A DNA stretch of 64,000 bases. It comes from Candidatus Eiseniibacteriota bacterium (lineage in GTDB: Bacteria; Eisenbacteria; RBG-16-71-46; CAIMUX01; VGJL01). This document shows, one piece after another, positions 56,718 through 64,000 of the stretch (position 1 is its first letter; each line of letters starts with the position of its first letter). Made by a program: the position numbers and the translations under genes. The stretch lies in NCBI GenBank assembly GCA_963792585.1, contig CAWBWI010000003.1, positions 934,299-998,298 of the forward strand, written 5' to 3'. The notes under the pieces were generated by a model. That model was given only the letters and a program-made list of their open reading frames with translations. It was not told the origin of the DNA and did no database searches.

Positions 56718-57296
56718 GTGCCCGGACCATTCCTGATCGGCAAGCGTGTCCAGCTCCGGCCATTGACGGACGAGGATGCTCCACTCCTCGCGGATTGGAT
56801 CAACGATCCGGAAATCCGCAGGCTCGTGCTTTCGCGCTTCGCGAAATCGATCAAGGACGAGAAGGAATGGCTCGCGTCGATGTCCTCGACGGGAACGCCG
56901 CAGAACATCGTCCTCGGCGTCGAGGTGAAGCGCGGCAAGCGCCTGATCGGAACGGTCGGCCTGCACACGATCGATTGGGTGCAACGTCGCGCGATGACGG
57001 GAATCCTCATTCACCCCCTCGCCTTCCGCGGCAAAGGATACGGGACCGAGGCGAAGAACCTGATGCTCGACTACGCCTTCGGCGAGCTGGGGATGCTGTC
57101 GCTCTGGGCGCTCGCCGTGGAAGGGAACGTGGCGTCGATCAGGGCCCTGCTCGAACAGGGGTACAAGCGCAGCGGCGTCCACCGTAAGTCGACCCTCGTG
57201 CAGGGAGCCTGGGTCGACTCGATCTACTTCGACATCCTTCGCGAGGAATGGGAAGAGCTGCGCGGCGGCGCACGCAGGCGGAGGACCGGAAGGTGA
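56718..57296 (+). CDS. GNAT family N-acetyltransferase (RimJ/RimL-like)
   Basis: KRVQLRPLTDEDAPLLADWINDPEI and FRGKGYGTEA acetyl-CoA motif. GTG at 56718 behind GGAAGGAGG. Confidence 0.8.
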   Translation: MPGPFLIGKRVQLRPLTDEDAPLLADWINDPEIRRLVLSRFAKSIKDEKEWLASMSSTGTPQNIVLGVEVKRGKRLIGTVGLHTIDWVQRRAMTGILIHPLAFRGKGYGTEAKNLMLDYAFGELGMLSLWALAVEGNVASIRALLEQGYKRSGVHRKSTLVQGAWVDSIYFDILREEWEELRGGARRRRTGR

Positions 57297-58912
57297 GACG
57301 CCGCCTCCTTCTACTGCTGATCGCCCTGCTGGTCATCGCCGGTCATGCGCGGGCGAAGTCCTACTCGGCCGAGCTGTACACGAGCGAGCTTCGAATTCTC
57401 GAGGATGGAACGCTCGCCGTGACCGAGATCGTCCGCATGCGCTTCGAGCGCGGCGAGTTCACGCATCTCTGGCGGACCCTCCCCTTGCGAAGGTTGGATC
57501 GAATCGACGGGATCGAAAGCCCCGACCCGATCCGTGTGCGGACGAATCGACAGCGGATCTCCATCCGATGGGAGTTTCCCGCGCTTCACGACACGGTTCG
57601 AACGTTCGCGCTCTCGTACCGCGTCCACGGCGTGTTCGGGAACGCCAACGGTCGGCCGGTTCTGCGATGGGTCGCCTTCCCCCGGGAGCACGCCTACCGG
57701 ATCGATCGAGCGCGCGCCGTGCTGTCCTGGCCCTCTGGATGGCCCGCGCCGGAGCAACTGGAGGTGAGCGGCTCCGACCTGCGTCCGATGCGGAGCGCTA
57801 ACGGCGCGCTCTTCGAGATCGGTCCGCTCCGATCGGAGCGATCGGTCACGATCCAAGCGGTCCTTGCGCCCGGGACGATTGCGGTCGAGACCCCCGCCTG
57901 GCAAGTGCGTCGGCAGCGCTGGGACAAGCAGATGCGGATGATGCTCGCGATCGCCGGCGTCATCCTCGTCTTGGGCATCTTCGTGATCGTGCGGATGCGC
58001 AGCGCGGCGGTCGCGTCCGCCCCGAGTTCCGGCGACCTCACGTCGCGACCGGGCCCGCCGAGCGATCTGCCCGCCGTCCTCGCCGGCCCCGTGTGCGACG
58101 GCAGGGTCTGGCTCCGCCACGCCATCGCGGGGTTGATCGACCTCGGGGCCTGCGGCGTCCTGCGATTCGAGTCTCAGCCGCAGAAATCACGATGGTCGGG
58201 CAGGACCTTCCGGATCCGGCGTCTCGCCGATCCTGCGACCCTCGGAACCATCGAGCGCGCCGCGTTCGAGAGCGCCTTCCGGAAGGGTGACGTGGATGGG
58301 ACGGTCGACATGCGCAAGGCGTGGCCTGCGCTGATGCGGGACATGAAGGGCTTCGAGCGCCTCGTTCGCGCGGAACTGGAGGCGCGCGGCGAGTACGATC
58401 CCCACGTCGCGGAAGGGGGTCGGCGGATCGCCCGGTTCGGATACCTGCTGTTCGCGCTCTGCGCGGCGGCCGGGGTCCTGGTCGGCCTTGCATTCGACCG
58501 CCTCGGCCCGAGCGCGATCGCGGCGGTCGGGGTCCTGGCGATCCTGGGCGCGGTCGCCGTCGGCATCGGCATGACCCTGCCGCTGCAGAGCGCCTCGGGC
58601 CGCGCCCACGCCGCGGAGTGGAAGGGGTTCGCGCGGTATATGAGAGACGCGGCGAAGGGGTCGGTCCCGCTGGATGCGGAGCGGTTCCATCGATGGTTGC
58701 CGTATGCGACGAGTCTCGGCATCGCCGATGCGTGGCTCCGCGCAGGCAAGAAGTCGAAGATCGCCCCGCCACCGTGGCTCGAGGGTCTCGAAGGGGACAA
58801 AGACGGAATGGCCGCGTGGCTGCCGGTATTCGGCGTGAGCACTTCGGGCCACGGAGGCATGGCGACCGGAGGCGGTGGAGCCGCCGGAGGAGGAGGAAGC
58901 GGTGCCGGGTGA
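57293..58912 (+). CDS. DUF2207-like membrane protein
   Basis: Signal/anchor RRRLLLLLIALLVIAGHARA, extracellular N-domain, TM helices, and a Gly-rich tail GGGGAAGGGGSGAG. GTGA overlap with the GNAT stop. Confidence 0.65.
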   Translation: MRRRLLLLLIALLVIAGHARAKSYSAELYTSELRILEDGTLAVTEIVRMRFERGEFTHLWRTLPLRRLDRIDGIESPDPIRVRTNRQRISIRWEFPALHDTVRTFALSYRVHGVFGNANGRPVLRWVAFPREHAYRIDRARAVLSWPSGWPAPEQLEVSGSDLRPMRSANGALFEIGPLRSERSVTIQAVLAPGTIAVETPAWQVRRQRWDKQMRMMLAIAGVILVLGIFVIVRMRSAAVASAPSSGDLTSRPGPPSDLPAVLAGPVCDGRVWLRHAIAGLIDLGACGVLRFESQPQKSRWSGRTFRIRRLADPATLGTIERAAFESAFRKGDVDGTVDMRKAWPALMRDMKGFERLVRAELEARGEYDPHVAEGGRRIARFGYLLFALCAAAGVLVGLAFDRLGPSAIAAVGVLAILGAVAVGIGMTLPLQSASGRAHAAEWKGFARYMRDAAKGSVPLDAERFHRWLPYATSLGIADAWLRAGKKSKIAPPPWLEGLEGDKDGMAAWLPVFGVSTSGHGGMATGGGGAAGGGGSGAG

Positions 58913-59663
58913 TGATGTCTACGGATTGCTGGCCCCTGCCTACGAAATGCTCGCCTCGCCCGGACGGATCGCGGCGGAGATCGACGCCCTCGAAATCCCG
59001 CTGCGCGCCGTCGGGGCCGTGAGGATCCTGGATGCGGGATGCGCGGTGGGGTTTCACTCGAGCGAGCTGTCGAGGCGCGGCTTTCGCCCGACCGGGATCG
59101 ATCTCTCCCGCGCCATGATCCGCGAGGCGCGCGCGCGGGCGGCCACCGAGGGGCGTCCGATCCGTTTCCTGGTCAAGGACTTGAAAGAAGCCGACCGCGT
59201 GGCCGGCGGCGCCTTCGACGCTGTTCTGTGTCTGGGGAACACGATGGCATCGGTCCATACCGCCTCGGACAGACTCCGCGTCTTTCGCGCGTTCCACGGC
59301 GCTCTGCGAAGCGGCGGGTTGCTGGTCCTGCAGCTTCGCGACCTCTCCTCGGTTCCCAAGGAGGGATTCGTCTTTCCGACGCGCGGATTCCGGCGGGGAC
59401 AGGAGGAGTGGATCCTCCTGCGACGCCAGGACCCGATCGGCGGGCGGATTCGGTTCACATCGACGCTGCTCTACCGCCCCCGCGCCGAGGTCCCCTGGGA
59501 GACGCGGATTTCGGAATCGCTCGCCGAGATTCTGCCGATGACCGCATGGCGGACCGCGCTCGCGAAGGCGGGATTCGGCCGCGTCCGCCTGGCCGGTGAT
59601 CTGCGCGGCACCCCGCGTCGCGGCCGCGCGCCGGATCTCGTCGTCTTCGCAAGGAGTCTCTAG
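58902..59663 (+). CDS. class I SAM-dependent methyltransferase
   Basis: VRILDAGCAVGFHS motif I and FDAVLCLGNT. GTG at 58902 behind GGAGGAGGAGGAAG. The stop TAG abuts the left IS end. Confidence 0.8.
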   Translation: MPGDDVYGLLAPAYEMLASPGRIAAEIDALEIPLRAVGAVRILDAGCAVGFHSSELSRRGFRPTGIDLSRAMIREARARAATEGRPIRFLVKDLKEADRVAGGAFDAVLCLGNTMASVHTASDRLRVFRAFHGALRSGGLLVLQLRDLSSVPKEGFVFPTRGFRRGQEEWILLRRQDPIGGRIRFTSTLLYRPRAEVPWETRISESLAEILPMTAWRTALAKAGFGRVRLAGDLRGTPRRGRAPDLVVFARSL

Positions 59664-61034
59664 GTTGTGGTTCTTAGATTGGTGTTTGGACGCACTGCCG
59701 GCAGGGCGGTGCTCCGTGGTGTGGCACGCCCTTGGCCTCTCCTTCGCCTCGTGTCCAGACGACGTACATCCCTCCACCAGGTCCATGGGACCTGCCGCCC
59801 ACCCCATTGCCCCAACTCCGCCTGCAATTTCTACACACCCCGTCCCGATTGGCGCCCGGCCTACGACGGTTTCTTCCGTCGGCCTTCCGACGGGCGCCTC
59901 TTCCAACGCTTCCGATGCCCCCATTGCGGCCGCCGATTCTCGTCTCGAACCTTCGCCGCTGACTACTGGCTCAAACACAGGAGTCTCTTCTGCGACATCG
60001 CCCGACTTTCTGCCGAAGGACCCGGTCTCCGTCAGATCGCGCGTCTCCTCGGCGTCTCCCACACGACCGTCCTGCGCCACATCGCCCGTGCCGGCCGCCA
60101 CTGCATGCTCTTCCACCGTCAGATGCTGGTCGAGTACCGGACCGCAGAGCCCATCGTCATCGACGGATTCGAGTCCTTCGAGTTCTCCCAGTACTTTCCC
60201 TTTCACATCAACCTCGCCGTCGATGCCCGGAGTTGGTTCATCTTCCACTTCACCGACAGCCCTTTGCGACGCAAGGGGACCATGAGACCCGAGCAACGGC
60301 TTCGCAGGGAGCATCTGGAAGCCCAACTGGGCCGCCCCGATCCCAAGGCGGTCGAGAAAGGCGTCTTCGACCTACTCCGGTCCGTTCTGGAGGATCCATC
60401 CTCGAGGAGCGACCGGGAGCAACTCATCCACAGCGATGACCATCCCGCCTATCGCCGCGCGCTCCTTCGCCTCCGCAGACTTCCGGAGTTCCCACAAGTG
60501 CGGCATCAGATCACTCCGTCGACCGAGCGTCGAACCACGCGCAATCCGCTCTTCCCCGTCAACCTGACCGACCTGCTCCTTCGACATGGTCAGGCCAACC
60601 ACCGCCGGGAGACCATCGCATTCAGCAAGCGGCGGCAGGCGGCGATCGAGCGGCTGGCGATTTTCACGGTGTGGCGCAATGCCATCAAGAGCCGGAGAGA
60701 GAAGGCACCGGGGGAGACCGCTGCCATGGCCGTTGGGATCCTATCGAGGCCTTTGGGGTGGGCAGAGATCTTTGCGGATCGGACATTCCCCAGGAAAGAA
60801 GTCCTACCCGGGCCCTGGTGGTCCTACTACTGGAGGCGGGTCCGAACGGTGGCGCTGGGTCCAAGCCAAAGGGGACACCAGCTCAAGTACGCATTCTGAG
60901 AAGAACTGGAGTGGTTCGGCACGGGCGAAGCCGGACCACTCTCCGCTCAACTTCCTGTCACGGTCGTTTCCGCAAGAGCCGAAGGGGTGGCCGTTGCTTC
61001 GTCAGCTGCATCCACCAATCTCCGCACCACAACC
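59663..61034 (+). mobile_element. insertion sequence, 1372 bp, with 22-bp imperfect terminal inverted repeats (IS1-like?)
   Basis: Left end GGTTGTGGTTCTTAGATTGGTG (59663-59684). The reverse complement of 61013-61034 is GGTTGTGGTGCGGAGATTGGTG, so 19/22 bases are identical. One transposase-like ORF inside. No target duplication seen. Confidence 0.6.
59667..60899 (+). CDS. putative transposase (Zn-ribbon, HTH, DDE-like core)
   Basis: HCPNSACNFY..FRCPHCGRRF zinc-ribbon pairs and an HTH (GLRQIARLLGVSHTTVLRHIARAG). Acidic candidates at VIDGFESF and IHSDDHPAY, and ..RRETIAFSKRR.., reminiscent of IS1 InsB. Family call is from memory only. Confidence 0.5.
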   Translation: MVLRLVFGRTAGRAVLRGVARPWPLLRLVSRRRTSLHQVHGTCRPPHCPNSACNFYTPRPDWRPAYDGFFRRPSDGRLFQRFRCPHCGRRFSSRTFAADYWLKHRSLFCDIARLSAEGPGLRQIARLLGVSHTTVLRHIARAGRHCMLFHRQMLVEYRTAEPIVIDGFESFEFSQYFPFHINLAVDARSWFIFHFTDSPLRRKGTMRPEQRLRREHLEAQLGRPDPKAVEKGVFDLLRSVLEDPSSRSDREQLIHSDDHPAYRRALLRLRRLPEFPQVRHQITPSTERRTTRNPLFPVNLTDLLLRHGQANHRRETIAFSKRRQAAIERLAIFTVWRNAIKSRREKAPGETAAMAVGILSRPLGWAEIFADRTFPRKEVLPGPWWSYYWRRVRTVALGPSQRGHQLKYAF

Positions 61035-61105
61035 TTCCCCCTACACGGGACACGCCCCGGGTGATAAAGTGCGGGGCACTTCCCGGAACAACCATGGGGG
61101 ACTGC

Positions 61106-62959
61106 ATGGCTGGCATCTGTGGACAGATCACGCTCGAACCACGCCCAATCGACGAGGCGGTCTTGAATGGGGTGGTGGCCCGGATGGGTCACCGCGGGAC
61201 CCAGGTCAAGCGCCTCCAGCGACCGGCAATCTGGTTCGCCTCCATCGATACCGTTTCTCCCCTGATCTGGCCCCCGGACGGCCGGGAGTTGCCGAGCGAG
61301 TTCTCGGTCGTCATGGATGGTGTCATCGACAACGTCCGCGATCTCGTCCGCGACCTCGAGCGCGAGGGGCACGCCACCGCGCACGATCCCGCTGCGGTCC
61401 TTTCGGCGGGATTCCGCGCCCATGGAAGCGCGTTCCTCTCCCGCGTGCGCGGCGCCTTCGCCGCGGCGATCCACGATCACGACACCGAGACGACGTGGCT
61501 CGTGCGCGACCCGATCGGGGCGCACCCGCTCTACCTGCACCGGACCCGCTCGCGCGTCCTCTTCGCCACGGAACTTCGCCCGCTCCTCGCGGATCCGGCG
61601 GTGCGGCTCGATCTCGATCCCGCCCAGTTGCGGGTCTACCTCTCGCTGGGCTTCAACCCGGCTCCCCAGACACTTCTGAAAGGGATCCACAAGATGCCTC
61701 CGGGCAATCTCCTGGAGGTCAAGCGGGACACGATCAAGGTCGTCTTCTATGACCGTCCCTCGACGGACACGGAACTCGATCTCGATTTTGCGACCGCGAT
61801 CGATTCCTATCGCGCGACACTGCACCGCGTGGTCCGGCGTTGCGACGACGGCGACCCCCTCGGCATCCTCCTGAGCGGTGGCGCGGACAGCTCCGCGCTG
61901 CTTCTGCTGCGGACGCGCGAAGGGCGGCCCGCGTCGTCCTTCACCATCGGCTTCAGCGACGCACCGAGTGACGAGGACGAGAGGGGCGCCGCGTGGCACG
62001 CGGCCCGCCACCTCGGTTCGATGCACCGCGAGAAGGTCCTCGAGAGCGCCGAGATCGGATCTCTCTTCAGCGCGGTCGCGCGCGTCGTCGAGGAACCCGT
62101 GGCGGGGGGATGGATGCCCCCGTTCCTTCGCCTCGTCGAGTCGGCGGCCGGCCAGGTTCCCCTTCTCTGGTCGGGACAGGGAACCGGCCCGCTGCACGGC
62201 GAGGAGCCGAGCTGGCGCTGGCTCCAGCTGGGTGAATCGATGTCCGAGCTGCCGAACTTCGTCGGGAAGTTCGTCGGGGGCGTCGCGCGTCATCTTGGGG
62301 GACTGGGGCCGGCGATGGAGGGTTCGCGCATCCTCGCGGTGCCCGAGGAGCGGGAACGCATCCTGTCGTCCTTCTACATATTCGACGACGCGACCCTCGC
62401 GCAGCTCCTGCGGGCGGGCCACATGGGCGACCCGGAGCTCGCCCGCAAGCAACTCGAGCGCTGGCGCGAGCCGGTCGCGGACCGGGATCTTCTCGCTCAG
62501 GCACTCTACATCCGCACACGGACCTATCTCCCCGAGGCCGTCCTCACGCCCGCCACGCGCATGGCGGCCGAATCGCGCCTCGGGATTCGCTACCCTTACG
62601 CCGACGCGGAACTGGTGCACTGGCTCGAACGACTTCCTGCCATCTACCGCCTCGATGGCGGGCAGGGCAAGCGGCTGCACCGCGAGGCGCTGGCTGCATG
62701 GGTGCCGGCCGCCGTCATCACCGCGCACAAGCGCTCGTTGACCGACCCGGTCGCCCGCTGGCTCCGCGGACCCGGCAAGGAGCGTGCGTCCGACTGGCTT
62801 CTCGGCCCGAACTCCTGGATGCCCTCGGTTCTCGACGGCGTCCGCGTACGGCGGGTGATCGAGGAGTCGTGCCGCGGCCGCGCAAACGTAATCCCGCTCG
62901 TCCTGTTGCTTCACCTGGAACTCTGGGCCCGCGAGACCCTGCTTGGGGGACAACGGTGA
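61106..62959 (+). CDS. asnB: asparagine synthase (glutamine-hydrolysing)-like protein
   Basis: MAGICGQI.. N-terminal amidotransferase-like domain (VRDPIGAHPLYL), then synthetase P-loop ILLSGGADSSALL. Alternative ATG at 61094. Confidence 0.8.
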   Translation: MAGICGQITLEPRPIDEAVLNGVVARMGHRGTQVKRLQRPAIWFASIDTVSPLIWPPDGRELPSEFSVVMDGVIDNVRDLVRDLEREGHATAHDPAAVLSAGFRAHGSAFLSRVRGAFAAAIHDHDTETTWLVRDPIGAHPLYLHRTRSRVLFATELRPLLADPAVRLDLDPAQLRVYLSLGFNPAPQTLLKGIHKMPPGNLLEVKRDTIKVVFYDRPSTDTELDLDFATAIDSYRATLHRVVRRCDDGDPLGILLSGGADSSALLLLRTREGRPASSFTIGFSDAPSDEDERGAAWHAARHLGSMHREKVLESAEIGSLFSAVARVVEEPVAGGWMPPFLRLVESAAGQVPLLWSGQGTGPLHGEEPSWRWLQLGESMSELPNFVGKFVGGVARHLGGLGPAMEGSRILAVPEERERILSSFYIFDDATLAQLLRAGHMGDPELARKQLERWREPVADRDLLAQALYIRTRTYLPEAVLTPATRMAAESRLGIRYPYADAELVHWLERLPAIYRLDGGQGKRLHREALAAWVPAAVITAHKRSLTDPVARWLRGPGKERASDWLLGPNSWMPSVLDGVRVRRVIEESCRGRANVIPLVLLLHLELWARETLLGGQR

Positions 62960-64000
62960 TGCACGCGGGGGCGCTTTTCCTCGCCCTCGCGCTCGCGCAG
63001 CCTCCCGCATCCCTCCAGCAACGGATCGACGCTGCCGCGGAAGGCGACACGCTGCGCATCGCGCCCGGAGTCTACGAAGCGATGCCCGAGCCTTTCGTCG
63101 ATCCGCTGTGCGGCAACTGCCTCGAGCACGCCACCCCGGTCGATGCATCGACGGGTTTTCGGGTGATCGGCAAGCGGCTCGTCTTGATCGGCTCGGGGCC
63201 GACCGCCACAACCCTGATTACCCGCGCTGGCTATGGCGTCTATCTCGAAGATGCGGATGGGACGATCATTCGCGACCTCGCCGTGACCGGCGGACGTCGC
63301 GACCGCGACGGGAATGCGACCGACGCGGCGGTCGTCGTGCGCGGCGGGGACGTCCGCCTGGAGAATCTCCATCTGAGGGACAACGATGACCGGGCGCCCG
63401 ACGTCATCGTCGGGATCGCAGGCGTCGCGGGCCGCGAAGGGGCCGAGATCGAGATCCGCGGCTGCCGGATCGTGAACAACGGTTGGGACGGGATCGCCCT
63501 CTACCGCGGCGCCGTGGCGCTCATATGCGATAACGCGATCGAAAGAGGGCGCGGCGCGGGGATCGGCGTCACCTGGGATGCGACCGCCCTCATCGTGCGC
63601 AATCGCGTCTCCGGCTACTGGAAAGGGATCGGGACCTTCGGCGTCTCGCGCGCGGTCGTGCGCAACAACGCGGTCTTCGACAACCTCGGGTGGGGCGTGA
63701 TCGCAACCGGGCACTCGTACCTCGAGGCGAGCAACAACGTGATCGTGCGCAACGGCAACTGCGGCTTCGCCGTCTGGAGCGAGGAGTGCCGCGGAATCGC
63801 CGTCAACAATGTCGTCGCGGACAACGGGTGGCGCCGCGAGTGGGTCTGCCCGCGCGTCGGCGTCTGGCACAACGGAAGCCAGGAGGACTTCCCGATCCTC
63901 TTCAACGATCTCGCCGGAAACGTTCTGGGCGCCTGGCGATCGGAACTCGCCGAACCCCGCCCCGCTGCGAACCTCGAAGCCGATCCCCGCTTCCTCGGGC
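62959..64000 (+). CDS. right-handed parallel beta-helix repeat protein, 3' end off the window
   Basis: I translated it myself; it is not in the ORF track because no stop is reached. MHAGALFLALALAQPPAS (signal), then periodic repeats (IRGCRIVNNGWDGIALY, LIVRNRVSGYWKGIG, AVVRNNAVFDNLGWGV, NVIVRNGNCGFAV, IAVNNVVADNGW). The ATG overlaps the asnB stop (ATGA). Confidence 0.65.
   Translation, partial: MHAGALFLALALAQPPASLQQRIDAAAEGDTLRIAPGVYEAMPEPFVDPLCGNCLEHATPVDASTGFRVIGKRLVLIGSGPTATTLITRAGYGVYLEDADGTIIRDLAVTGGRRDRDGNATDAAVVVRGGDVRLENLHLRDNDDRAPDVIVGIAGVAGREGAEIEIRGCRIVNNGWDGIALYRGAVALICDNAIERGRGAGIGVTWDATALIVRNRVSGYWKGIGTFGVSRAVVRNNAVFDNLGWGVIATGHSYLEASNNVIVRNGNCGFAVWSEECRGIAVNNVVADNGWRREWVCPRVGVWHNGSQEDFPILFNDLAGNVLGAWRSELAEPRPAANLEADPRFLG

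Noticed and set aside
59727-59741. TGGCAC-GCCCT-TGGC, a sigma-54-like match inside the IS. A similar match, TGGCAC-AACGG-AAGC, is at 63868.
   Set aside because: Both lie inside coding sequence with no sensible downstream start. I used them as evidence that GG-N10-GC matches arise by chance in this GC-rich DNA.
58038-60326. 762-aa ORF on the - strand spanning DUF2207, the methyltransferase and the IS
   Set aside because: It crosses three independently supported + strand genes and an IS boundary. The product is Arg/Pro-rich nonsense.
61106-62959. The idea that the AsnB homologue is a lasso-peptide cyclase
   Set aside because: There is no adjacent transglutaminase-like protease, RRE or short precursor ORF. 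The protein keeps a full N-terminal amidotransferase-like domain, and its partner is a beta-helix protein instead.
60947-63211. 754-aa ORF on the - strand
   Set aside because: It is antisense to the asnB-like gene (SGGADSS P-loop on +) and to the start of the beta-helix gene. It has no motifs.

Overview
GC-rich bacterial chromosomal segment (third codon positions are almost all G/C). I count about 48 protein genes across both strands and saw no rRNA, tRNA or CRISPR array.

Gene order, left to right:
- DoxX (5' partial), an orphan AAA/DUF4143-type ATPase, and a 1101-aa multidomain surface protein.
- A DMT transporter with a histidine-rich tail, DinB, the addB-addA nuclease pair, fpr, xthA, an MFS transporter and an HDOD protein.
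- A five-gene envelope operon: OmpW-like barrel, NHLP-like small protein, TolC, MFP, RND.
- A sigma-54 activator, then a divergent Mvh-type [NiFe]-hydrogenase operon (small subunit, large subunit, protease, HdrA-like, MvhD, TusA), then an MCP.
- A secreted-protein island: two LVIVD beta-propeller paralogues, a Tat-signal aminotransferase with a sorting-type C-terminal domain, AraC, and a frameshifted methyltransferase.
- A TPR-GT9 / methyltransferase / HAD-like trio, an acidic ORF, an esterase, and a decayed stomatin gene next to an intact NfeD.
- GNAT-DUF2207-methyltransferase, a 1.37-kb IS with 22-bp inverted repeats, an asnB-like gene, and a 3'-partial beta-helix gene that is absent from the ORF track.

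Best candidates for something undescribed:
1. The hydrogenase/HdrA/MvhD operon, which ends in TusA and has no HdrBC.
2. The Tat-exported PLP aminotransferase that carries the same C-terminal domain as the flanking LVIVD proteins.

Limits: every functional call rests on motifs I recognised by eye in the supplied translations and on family knowledge from memory. No database search was run. Many long ORFs in the track are antisense or out-of-frame shadows typical of high-GC DNA. The FlgD/T9SS-type C-terminal domains, LVIVD repeats and high GC suggest an FCB-superphylum lineage (Gemmatimonadota- or Eisenbacteria-like), but that is inference only.
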